A stretch of DNA of 64,000 bases, taken from an uncultured delta proteobacterium (lineage in GTDB: Bacteria > Myxococcota_A > Polyangia > Palsa-1104). The notes beneath the pieces are model-generated. The model did no database searches, was not told the DNA's origin, and saw only the letters and a program-made list of their open reading frames with translations. Positions 20,078-29,064 of the stretch are shown here, piece by piece. A program made the translations under genes and the position numbers. The stretch spans positions 32,001-96,000 of the forward strand of contig CAWAWS010000006.1 in the NCBI GenBank assembly GCA_963785725.1, written 5' to 3'. How positions within the stretch are numbered: position 1 is the first letter of the stretch; each line of letters starts with the position of its first letter.

Positions 20078-21862
20078 ATGCGTTTCGCCCCCGCTGCCGT
20101 CGACGTTTTCACGCGCGCCGACGGCTGCGTCATCGCGCGCTCGCCGGTGCCGCTGGCCGAGCCGCCGCGCCATCTCTCCCTGAAGTTGCAAGAGTGGGCC
20201 GCGCGCACGCCGGAGCGGCCGTTTGTCGCCGAGCGCGCCGACCGCGAGACGCCGGGCGCGCGTGGCTGGCGCGTCGTGTCGTGGGCGGCCGCGCTGGCGA
20301 CGGTCGAGCGGCTGGGCCAGGCGCTGCTCGATCGCGGTCTCTCGGCGGAGCGGCCGCTGGTCATTCTGTCCGACAACGGCGTCGATCACGCGCTGCTGGC
20401 GCTGGCGGCGATGCACGTCGGCGTGCCCGTGGCGCCGCTGTCGCCGGCGTATGCGCTGCAGTCGCGCGACTTCGCCAAGCTGCGCGCCATCGTCGAGCTG
20501 CTGACGCCGGGGCTCGTCTTCGCCGAGGATGGCGCGGCTTTTTCGCCGGCGTTCGCGGCGCTGGGGCTGCCGGCGGACGCGTTCGTCGTCGCTCGCCACG
20601 CGCCGCCGGGCGCGACCGAGCTCGGCGCGCTCTCGACGACGACGCCGGGCGCGACGATGCGCGCCGCGCGCGATGCCGTCGGACCGGAGACGATCGCGAA
20701 GGTGCTGTTCACCTCGGGCTCGACGGGGCAGCCCAAAGGCGTCATCAACACGCAGCGCATGCTGACGGCGAACCAGGAGATGCTCGTCGCCGGCTGGCCG
20801 TTCTTGCGTGCGCGGCCGCCGATCGTCGTCGATTGGCTGCCGTGGAGCCACACCTTCGGCGGCAATCACAACTTCAACCTCGTGCTCTTTGCACGGCGGC
20901 ACGCTCTACGTCGACGACGGCAAGCCGGCGCCGGCGCGCATCGAGCGCACGCTGCAGGCGCTGGCCGACGTCGCGCCGACGCTCTACTTCAACGTGCCGC
21001 GCGGCTTCGACGTGCTGCTGCCGCAGCTCGAGCGCGATCACGCGCTCTGTGCGCGCGTTTCTTCGCAGCTCGACCTCCTGTTCTACGCGGCGGCGGCGCT
21101 GCCCGAGCCCTTGTGGCAGCGACTGACGGCGCTCGTGCGCGCGCATGGCCGCGACGATGCCGTTCGTGTCGGCGTGGGGCTCGACCGAGACGTCGCCGCT
21201 GGCGACGCAGGTGCATTTCGCGTCGGCGGGCGCCGGCAACATCGGGCTGCCGCCGCCCGGCGTCGAGCTGAAGCTGGTGCCGACGGGCGACAAGCTGGAG
21301 ATGCGCGTGCGCGGCCCGCAACGTCACGCCCGGCTATCTGGCGCGCGCCCGAGCTCGACGCGCGCCGCCTTCGACGACGAGGGCTACTACAAGACCGGCG
21401 ACGCCATGCGCTGGCACGACGCCGCCGATCCGCGCCGCGGCCTCGTCTTCGACGGTCGCGCTCGCCGAGGACTTCAAGCTCACGTCGGGCTCGTGGGTGC
21501 GCGTCGGCGCGCTCAGGCTGGGCCTGCTCGCGGCCGCGGCGCCGCTGCTGCAAGACGCCGTCATCGCCGGCCACGATCGCGAATTCGTCGCCGTGCTGCT
21601 CTTCCTCGACGGCGCCGCCTGCGTCGGCGACTGGCGTGCCACGCTCGTCGACAAGCTGCGCGCCTACAACCGCGCCGTCGGTCAGCCGAGCTTGTGCGTG
21701 CGGCGCGCGATCGTCGCCGACGCGCCGCCGTCGATCGACGCCGGCGAGATCACCGATAAGGGCTACTTGAACCAGCGCGCCATCCTCAGCCGCCGCGCCG
21801 ACGTCATCGCCCGCTTATACGGCAGCGACGACGCCGACGTGCTCGTCATCGATCTGCCGTAA
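20078..21862 (+). CDS. fcs: Feruloyl-CoA synthase-like acyl-CoA ligase (multiple frameshifts, about 20890-21460)
   Basis: [47 protein letters not shown] and [12 protein letters not shown] spread across consecutive frames. Confidence 0.85.
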
Positions 21863-23608
21863 TCACGTCCCCGCGCGGTGCGCGCCGTTGCCGCGCACCA
21901 TCGGCAGGTAGCGCGGCTTCCAGAAGTGCGCGCGCACGTACTTCTCGGCCGTCTCCGCCGTCAGCTTCGTCGCCTGCGCCACGCCGTCCGCGAACGCCTG
22001 CCGGATGACCTCGACCGCCACGCGCACCGACACCTCGTTCAATTCGTCGACGGGCGGATAGATCTTGCCCGTCGCCAAATGCAGCTCCTGCGCGTACTTC
22101 GCCAGCGCGTAAGCCGCCGCCAACACCATGTTGTCGGTGATGACGCGCGCCTCGGAGCAGATCGCGCCGAAGCCGAGCCCGGGGAAGATGAAGGCGTTGT
22201 TGCCCTGGCCGATGACGTGCGTCTTGCCCTTGTGCACGACGTCGCTGAACGGGCTGCCGGTGGCGACGATCGCCTTGCCGTCGGTCCACTCGATCAGCTC
22301 CTCGGGCAGCGCCTCGCAGCTCGACGTCGGATTCGACAACGGGAAGATGATCGGCCGCTCTGAGATCGCCGCCATCGCCCGCGCCACCGGCTCGGTGAAC
22401 GCGCGCGCCTGCCCCGACAAGCCGAGCAGCGCCGTCGCCTTGGCGTTCGTCACCGTCTCCAAGAGCGACGGAATCTTGTCGCCGAGCTGCCAGCCCTCGA
22501 GCAGCGCCGCATCCTGCGCGTAGTCCTTCTTGTAATCCTCCATCGGCCGATCGCTCGTGAGCAGCCCCTTGGAATCGAGCACGAGCACGCGCGTCTTGGC
22601 TTCGGCTTGCGACAGGCCGTCGCGCACCATGCCCTGCCGAATCGCCCAGGCCACGCCGATGCCGCCGGCGCCGGCGCCGTGGATGACGACGCGCTGGTCG
22701 CGCAAGCGCTCGCCGCGCATGCGACAGGCGTTGACGAGCCCGGCCAGCGCCACCGCGCCCGTGCCTTGGATGTCGTCGTTGAACGACGGCTGCTGCTCGC
22801 GATAACGCGCCAACACCGCGAACGCCGCGTCCTTCGCCAAGTCTTCCCACTGGATGACCGCGCGCGGATAGCGATCCTTGACGGCGGCCACGAACTTGTC
22901 GAGGAAGTCGAAGTAGGCGTTGCCGCGCAAGCGACGCTGGCGCACGCCGAGATAGAACGGGTCGGCGATGAGGTCCGTGCGATCCGTGCCCACGTCGAGC
23001 GCCACCGGCATCGTGTGGAACGGGCTGACGCCGCCGCCGACGGTGTAGAGCGCCAATTTGCCGATGGGAATGGCCAAGCCGCCCCAGCCTTGATCGCCGA
23101 TGCCCAAGATGGCGCTCGAGTCGGTGGCGACGATCATGCGCACGTCGTTCCAGGTGTAATTCTGGAGGGCCTGCCGCGCGCGATCGATGTTCAGCATCGA
23201 CAACGACATCCCACGCGCGCTCTGGTACAAGAAGTTGAACTGCTGCACCGCCTCACCGACGGTCGGCGTGTAGACGATGGGCAGCATCTCCGTCAGATAC
23301 TTCTCGAGCAGCGCGTAGAACAGCACTTCGTTGCGCTCTTGCAGCTGGCGCAAGAACTGATATTTCGCGATCGGCGACGGCTCGCGGCGAAAGCCACCGA
23401 ACACGCGCTCGAGCTGCTGCTCCATCGTGTTCACTTGCGGCGGCAAGAGCCCGTCGACGCCGAGCGCGACGCGCTCCTCGGGCGAGAACGCCGTGCCCTT
23501 GTTCGTCAGCACCAAGCGCAGGAGCGCGATGCCTTCGAGATAAACTTCCATGTATTCGCGGCCGAGGTCGTCGCGCTTGATGTCGAAGTAGTCGCAGAGC
23601 TGCGCCAT
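21863..23608 (-). CDS. maeA: NAD-dependent malic enzyme
   Basis: NKGTAF, PIVYTPTVG, ILGIGD, FNDDIQGT, GAGAGG, LSNPT, GQGNNAFIFPG. Confidence 0.95.
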   Translation of the reverse strand: MAQLCDYFDIKRDDLGREYMEVYLEGIALLRLVLTNKGTAFSPEERVALGVDGLLPPQVNTMEQQLERVFGGFRREPSPIAKYQFLRQLQERNEVLFYALLEKYLTEMLPIVYTPTVGEAVQQFNFLYQSARGMSLSMLNIDRARQALQNYTWNDVRMIVATDSSAILGIGDQGWGGLAIPIGKLALYTVGGGVSPFHTMPVALDVGTDRTDLIADPFYLGVRQRRLRGNAYFDFLDKFVAAVKDRYPRAVIQWEDLAKDAAFAVLARYREQQPSFNDDIQGTGAVALAGLVNACRMRGERLRDQRVVIHGAGAGGIGVAWAIRQGMVRDGLSQAEAKTRVLVLDSKGLLTSDRPMEDYKKDYAQDAALLEGWQLGDKIPSLLETVTNAKATALLGLSGQARAFTEPVARAMAAISERPIIFPLSNPTSSCEALPEELIEWTDGKAIVATGSPFSDVVHKGKTHVIGQGNNAFIFPGLGFGAICSEARVITDNMVLAAAYALAKYAQELHLATGKIYPPVDELNEVSVRVAVEVIRQAFADGVAQATKLTAETAEKYVRAHFWKPRYLPMVRGNGAHRAGT

Positions 23609-23670
23609 GCGCGCATCATAAGGTCAGTGACGCATGGCGCCAACAGTTACGGGCTTGAATTTGCGCGTGC

Positions 23671-24960
23671 CTACTTCGTGCAGCCGATGGTCGCGGAGTC
23701 GATGATCAGCTCGTCGAGCCAGAAGTCGCGCGCCGAGTGCGAAAGCCCGTCGCCGCCGATGTCGACGAAGACGCCGGCCTTGGCCACGCCGCTGAACGAC
23801 TGCGTCGCGCTCGTGAAGCTGGTGGCGGCATTGTTGGCGACGGTGACGACGCTCTTGGTGTTGTTGACGTCGACTTCCCACTCGACGCAGTTCCAGGCGT
23901 TGAGCGTCAAGGGCGGCGTCAGTGAATCGGTGTATTCGGTGCCGGCGATGAGGTTGTGAATCGAGAAGCCGAGGTTGAGCGTCTCGAGGCGGACGCTGTT
24001 GAAGGCGCCGCTGTTCTGTCCCGCGAACAAGAACTCGGTGCGATCGGTCGTCGGGAAGCCGGTGGGCAGAAAGACGAAGGCGCGGATGAAGAAGTGCGTC
24101 GCCGCTGCGCCGCTGAAGGTCGCGGTCTCGTCGAGCGCGATGGTGGTCTCGGTCGTGCCGCCGTTGGCGTGGATGTGCAGCGCGTTGCTGCCGCGGAAAA
24201 CGTGCGTGTTGTCGACGCTGACGGTGGCGTTGGTCGCCGTCGCCGGCTCGAGCAGCAGGTTCTGATAGGTGTTCGCCAGCGACGCCGAGGCGCTCTCGAA
24301 GCCGTTGCAGAAGAGCACACCGGCTTGCGACGCGTTGGGGCAGTTCGACGCGGCGATGCCCATGTCCGGCGGCAGCGGCGTCATGTCGCGCGGCACGCCC
24401 GACAGATCCGAGTTTGGCGGAATCGTCATGTCGGTCACGCTGTTGCCGCCGCCGCCGCCGCCACCACCGCCGCCGCCGGCCGCGCCGTCGGTTTGGCAGA
24501 CGTCGCCGACGCCGTCGCCGAGCGTGCTCGTCTGCAGCGGATTGGGCGTCGTCGGGCAGTTGTCGAGGTCGTCGGGCACGTCGTCGTTGTCGCTGTCGGT
24601 GTAGCTGCTCGAGATGACGATCTTGGCCGTGACCGCCTGCTTGGGCACGAGGATGATGGCGACGCCGCCAAGCTCATGACCGCTGGCGGCGCCGTCGCCG
24701 ACGGCCACGATGTGCAGCGTCTCCGCCGTATCGGGCAGGCCGTTGACCGTCAAACGGCCGGGCAGCTTGACGTTGGTGATCGTCGTGGTGGCGATCTCGC
24801 CGTGTGGATCGAAGACGTTGATGACGACGTGATCGGGCGCCGTCTTCGAGGTGCTGCTGACGTCGACGAGGACGGTCGTGGTGCCGCTACTGCCGCCGCC
24901 GCAGCCAGCTCCGAAGCGACAGAGCGCGGCCGCGAGGAGAATGACGGACGCCCGTGTCAT
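23671..24960 (-). CDS. Lipoprotein with a thrombospondin type 3 repeat, poly-Gly linker and C-terminal beta-jelly-roll-like domain
   Basis: GAGC lipobox, DSDNDDVPDDLDNCP..NP.Q..GDGVGDVC, G12 tract, FCNGFE...WNCVEW...FWLDEL. Confidence 0.75.
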   Translation of the reverse strand: MTRASVILLAAALCRFGAGCGGGSSGTTTVLVDVSSTSKTAPDHVVINVFDPHGEIATTTITNVKLPGRLTVNGLPDTAETLHIVAVGDGAASGHELGGVAIILVPKQAVTAKIVISSSYTDSDNDDVPDDLDNCPTTPNPLQTSTLGDGVGDVCQTDGAAGGGGGGGGGGGNSVTDMTIPPNSDLSGVPRDMTPLPPDMGIAASNCPNASQAGVLFCNGFESASASLANTYQNLLLEPATATNATVSVDNTHVFRGSNALHIHANGGTTETTIALDETATFSGAAATHFFIRAFVFLPTGFPTTDRTEFLFAGQNSGAFNSVRLETLNLGFSIHNLIAGTEYTDSLTPPLTLNAWNCVEWEVDVNNTKSVVTVANNAATSFTSATQSFSGVAKAGVFVDIGGDGLSHSARDFWLDELIIDSATIGCTK

Positions 24961-26651
24961 GGCGTCGAGAACGGATCCTTGACGACGCTCGACAGCGAAT
25001 GGCGCGCGTGCGGCGTATCGGCGTGCAGCTTGAGCAGCGACACCTTCAGCGCCAGGTCGACGTCACCGGCGACGACGCGGCTCCACGGCTTCGTCCCCGG
25101 CGCGCGCACGACGAGGTGGCGCGTCCCCGAGGCGCGCGGCACGGCGACGTCGAGCGGCAGCGTGCCCACGAGCTTGCCGTCGAGCAGCGCTTCGGCGCCG
25201 GGCGTGCCCGAGATCGACAGCTGCACGCGCTCGATGGCCGCCGGCGCGGCCGGCGTGGACGGCATCGGCGAGGCCGCGGCCTGCAGCTCGCGCTGGGCCG
25301 ACGGCGCCACTTGCAGCGTCGGCGGCGACGCCAAGCCGCGCATGGCGTTGTCGCGCGCGATCTGCGCCGCGCTGGGCGCGCTCGCCGCGGCGGCGACTTC
25401 TTGCGCCGGCAAGGGCGGCGGCGCGTCGTGCGGCCGCAGCATCAGCAACAGCCCGACCATGGCGAAGCCGACCGCTGCGCCCGCGGCGACGATGCCGAGC
25501 TGCCGGCGCGAGCGCACCTTCCACCACGAGCGCGACTCCACGTGGCGCGTCAAGCGCAGCGGCACCTGCGTCGCCGCCTGCTGCGCGCCCGGCGCCGTCA
25601 GCGTCGGCACGATCATGCGCGCCGGCACCGGACCCAGCCGCTCCAAGAACGCGCGCAGCTCGGCGCCGTCGCCGTTGACCGCGCGCGAAATCGGCGTCAG
25701 ATCGGCGAGCAGCTCGTCGCAGCTGGCGTAGCGATCGTTGGGATCGCGCGCCAGCATCTTCAAGACCACGCCGTCGAGCTCGGGCGGAATCTCGGGCACG
25801 ACCAGCGACGGCGGCGCCACGCGCGCTTCGCGAATGAGCCGCATCGTCTCGAAGTCGGACTGCCCGCGAAACAGCCGCTGCATCGTCAAGCACTCGTGAA
25901 ACACGATGCCGAGCGCGAACAGATCCGAGCGGCGATCGACCGGCAGACCATCGGCCTGCTCGGGCGAGAGGTAACTGATCTTGCCTTTGAGCGTGCCCGT
26001 CGTCGTGTGCTCGTCGCGGACGTGCGCCGCGGCCTTGGCGATGCCGAAGTCGAGCAGCTTCACCTCGCCGAGCGGCGTCACCATGATGTTCGACGGGCTG
26101 ATGTCGCGATGCACGATCTCGAGCGGCCGGCCATCGGCGTCGGTGAGCGCGTGCGCGTAGGCGAGGGCGCGCGCCACTTCGGTCACGAGATGGCAGGCGG
26201 CGCCGACGGGCAGCTTGAGCTTGCGGCCGGCGATCGTCTTCATCAGCTGCAGCAGGTCGGTCCCGTCGACGTGCTCCATCGCCAGGAAGTATTCGCCGTC
26301 GACCTCGCCGAACTCGTGCACCTGCACGATGGCCGGATGGCGCAGCATGGCCACGAGGCGCGCTTCCGTCGCCAGCATGTTCACGAAGCTCGCCTGCTGC
26401 GCGTACTCGGCCAGGATGCGCTTGATGACGACGGTGCGCGAGAAGCCGCGCGGTCCGGCGATGACGGCGCGCGAGACGACGGCCATGCCGCCGCGACCGA
26501 GATCGTCGAGCAGCACGTAGCGCCCGAACGGCCGGCCGCCCGTCGCCGCCAGCTCGCCCATCGCCTGCTCGATGGCGGCGGCTTCGCGGCCGCTCTGCGA
26601 CACCGACGTGGTGCCGACCATGCTCACTTGCGACTCGCGCAGGCGCGCCAT
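24957..26651 (-). CDS. Membrane-anchored Ser/Thr protein kinase with a C-terminal PEGA-like domain
   Basis: GRGGMA, HRDISPSN, DFG, LKGKISYLSPEQ, TM helix, TPGAEALLDGKLVGTLPL. Confidence 0.93.
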   Translation of the reverse strand: MARLRESQVSMVGTTSVSQSGREAAAIEQAMGELAATGGRPFGRYVLLDDLGRGGMAVVSRAVIAGPRGFSRTVVIKRILAEYAQQASFVNMLATEARLVAMLRHPAIVQVHEFGEVDGEYFLAMEHVDGTDLLQLMKTIAGRKLKLPVGAACHLVTEVARALAYAHALTDADGRPLEIVHRDISPSNIMVTPLGEVKLLDFGIAKAAAHVRDEHTTTGTLKGKISYLSPEQADGLPVDRRSDLFALGIVFHECLTMQRLFRGQSDFETMRLIREARVAPPSLVVPEIPPELDGVVLKMLARDPNDRYASCDELLADLTPISRAVNGDGAELRAFLERLGPVPARMIVPTLTAPGAQQAATQVPLRLTRHVESRSWWKVRSRRQLGIVAAGAAVGFAMVGLLLMLRPHDAPPPLPAQEVAAAASAPSAAQIARDNAMRGLASPPTLQVAPSAQRELQAAASPMPSTPAAPAAIERVQLSISGTPGAEALLDGKLVGTLPLDVAVPRASGTRHLVVRAPGTKPWSRVVAGDVDLALKVSLLKLHADTPHARHSLSSVVKDPFSTP

Positions 26652-26652
26652 C

Positions 26653-27312
26653 TCAGTTGGTCCCGTGCACGGTCAGCGTGCCCCAATTGCTCGGGCCCGA
26701 GTCGCGCGTCAACAAGACTCCGAGCACGATGGCGCCGCCCACGACTACGATGCCGCCGACCACGCCGAGCGCGATGGCCGCCTTGTGCGACTTCTTCTCG
26801 GGCGCTGGCGCCTCGGCCGTGAGCGCGGTCGTCGCGGCCGGCATCGCCTCGGCCGGCACGGGCTGCGGCGCCGGCGCGGTCTCGGCTTGCTCGGCCGGCT
26901 TCTCCGGCACCGGCGCCGGCGTTTCCACGGGCAGCTTCTCGGGCTTGGCGGCCAGCGAATGCTGCAGGTCGCGGATGCGCTGCAGCACTTCGGCGCGCTC
27001 GGGCGCGTTCGGCTTCTCGGTCAGGTATTTCTGGTAATACTCGACGGCCATCGTGCGGTGATCGGCCAATGCGGCTACACGACCGATATTGTACAAGAAT
27101 AGCGGGACTGGCTTGTATTCGTAACCAGTTTGAAATTCGCGAATGGCGTCGTCGTACTCTTTCATGTCGAGATGGACGGTGCCCAGCTTGTAGTGCGCGC
27201 GCGAGCGTTGCTCGAGCTCGGCGGGAGTCCCTGCCGTCGGTGGTTGTCCGAACGCCGCGCCCTCCAAAAGCAGGCACAAGACGCCGGCGACTAGCCGTCG
27301 CATCGTCAACAT
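26653..27312 (-). CDS. Exported TPR protein with a C-terminal TM segment
   Basis: Signal peptide; AHYKLG..YDDAIREFQTGY..PLFLYNIGR..AVEYYQKYL; Pro/Ala linker. Start is 27312 or 27303. Confidence 0.85.
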   Translation of the reverse strand: MLTMRRLVAGVLCLLLEGAAFGQPPTAGTPAELEQRSRAHYKLGTVHLDMKEYDDAIREFQTGYEYKPVPLFLYNIGRVAALADHRTMAVEYYQKYLTEKPNAPERAEVLQRIRDLQHSLAAKPEKLPVETPAPVPEKPAEQAETAPAPQPVPAEAMPAATTALTAEAPAPEKKSHKAAIALGVVGGIVVVGGAIVLGVLLTRDSGPSNWGTLTVHGTN

Positions 27313-27872
27313 TTTTGCACGCATGCCCGAGAGCCACAAGTCAAAATGCCTTCCAATCCATTCTTTAAATAATCGATTTCCTACGCTTCAATACACCGCC
27401 GTACGTCTGCCAATGTTGCGAAAGTATGACCAATTACAGGCGTTTCGCGTTCGCCGTCGAGGCTGTATTCGGTGTGAGACGATATCCGACTGTAAGTGCC
27501 GCGCATGATTCCGGCGAGGCCAGGGCGTGCGTCCGGCGGCGTCAGCGTCTGCATCGTGCCCGGCTGTAGAGCAACAAGCGTTCCACGCCCGCGGCGGGCG
27601 GGCGGACGGGTGGCAGCGGGCGGAAGCCCACGCCGGACGCGGAGATCGAGCGCCGGACGGAGCGGCAGCTCAGGCGAAGCCATCGCAAGTGGCGCACCAA
27701 CGCCCACCCGGCCTGGGGCTGCGGGTCTCGGGGCATTTGCTCGATGAGTCGAGGCTCCGGGTGTCCACCTGCAGTTGACAGCTCGGCCTGTGTAAGCGCG
27801 ATTGCGTTCGGCTGCGCAGCTGCTGGGACTACGCGGCGCCGAATGTTCGCGAACGAACGTCAGCGTCGGTCG

Positions 27873-29027
27873 TCAGGGCGTCTGATTGCGCAGGATGAAG
27901 ATTTGCTGGCCGCTGGCGACGACGACGTCGGGGCGGCCGTCGCTGTCGACGTCGCCGAGCGCGAACGCCTGCGGCAGGATGCGCGGCGCCGTCTCGACCG
28001 CGAAGATGACGGGCACGTCGAACGTGCCGTCGCCGCGGCCGACGAGGACGGTCAAGAGCTTGCCGTTGGCGTCGAGGATGAAGGCGTCGAGGCGGCCATC
28101 GCGATCGACGTCGCCGAGCACGATCGCGCCGGCGCCGCCTTGCGTGCCGGTCGGGTAGGTCTGCGCGTAGCGGAAGGTGCCGCCGCCGGTGTTGATGAGC
28201 ACCTGCAGGCCGTTGGCGGCGCCGGGCACGACGAGGTCGGGCTTGCCGTCGCTGTCGAGGTCGCCGGCGGCGATGACGCTCTGTGCGGCGACGGGATATT
28301 GCGTCGGATTGACGACGAAGCTGCCATTGCCGTTGCCCTGCAAGATGGCGACGGAGGGCTGACCTTGGCTGGCGTTCAAGACGGCCAAGTCGCGCTTGCC
28401 GTCGCCGTCGAAGTCGGCGGCGGAGATGACCGACGCCGCCGCCAGCGCGGTCTTTTGCACGAGGCCGCTGCCGGTGATGAGGACGATGATGTCGGGGCTG
28501 GCGCTGATGATGGCGTCGGGCCGGCCGTCGCCGTCGACGTCGCTGGCGAGCACGCCCGTCGACGGCACCGTCGAGACGGCGGTGTGCACGTCCTGGAACT
28601 CCGAGCCGGTGCCGTTGTTGGTGAGGATGTCGATGCCGGTGGCGCTCAGGAAAATGTCGGGTTTGCCGTCGCCGCTGAAGTCGGCCATGACGGGACCGAA
28701 GCCGATGAAGCTGCCGACGGCGCTGGTGGGCGTGAAGACGCTGTTGCCGTTGCCGATCAGGACTTCGTAGCCGGTGCAGCCTTGCGTGCAGGTGATGATG
28801 GCGTCGAGCTTGCCGTCGCCGTTGACGTCGGCGAGCGCGATCTCGTCGACGGCGTTGCCGCCCGCGGGCACGGCCGGCAAGTTGACGGCGGTGGGCGGCC
28901 CGAAGGCGACGCCGCCACCGCCGACGCGGCCGCCGTCGTTGCCGCCGGGAATGTCGAACGGCCCGCTCGTGCAGCCGACGCTCAGCGCCAACAAGCCGCC
29001 CCCGATCCACAGTCCGCGTCGCCGCAT
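27873..29027 (-). CDS. FG-GAP/VCBS repeat lipoprotein
   Basis: SVGC lipobox and seven D(V/F/L)xxDG(K/R)xD repeats. Confidence 0.9.
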   Translation of the reverse strand: MRRRGLWIGGGLLALSVGCTSGPFDIPGGNDGGRVGGGGVAFGPPTAVNLPAVPAGGNAVDEIALADVNGDGKLDAIITCTQGCTGYEVLIGNGNSVFTPTSAVGSFIGFGPVMADFSGDGKPDIFLSATGIDILTNNGTGSEFQDVHTAVSTVPSTGVLASDVDGDGRPDAIISASPDIIVLITGSGLVQKTALAAASVISAADFDGDGKRDLAVLNASQGQPSVAILQGNGNGSFVVNPTQYPVAAQSVIAAGDLDSDGKPDLVVPGAANGLQVLINTGGGTFRYAQTYPTGTQGGAGAIVLGDVDRDGRLDAFILDANGKLLTVLVGRGDGTFDVPVIFAVETAPRILPQAFALGDVDSDGRPDVVVASGQQIFILRNQTP

Positions 29028-29064
29028 GGCTCTCCGAGTGTAGTCGATGATGGTGCGGCGCGCG

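Noticed and set aside
21863..23608. Malic enzyme as a dedicated malate supplier for bacillithiol synthesis
   Set aside because: It lies 14 kb away in a separate transcription unit; proximity alone is not evidence.
27321..27336. Sigma54-like motifs upstream of the TPR gene and of the DUF2911 gene (near 8855)
   Set aside because: The GG-to-GC spacing is off by one in both, and sigma54 spacing is strict.
27381..27778. Short ORFs in the TPR/FG-GAP gap
   Set aside because: No RBS, codon bias or recognisable motif.
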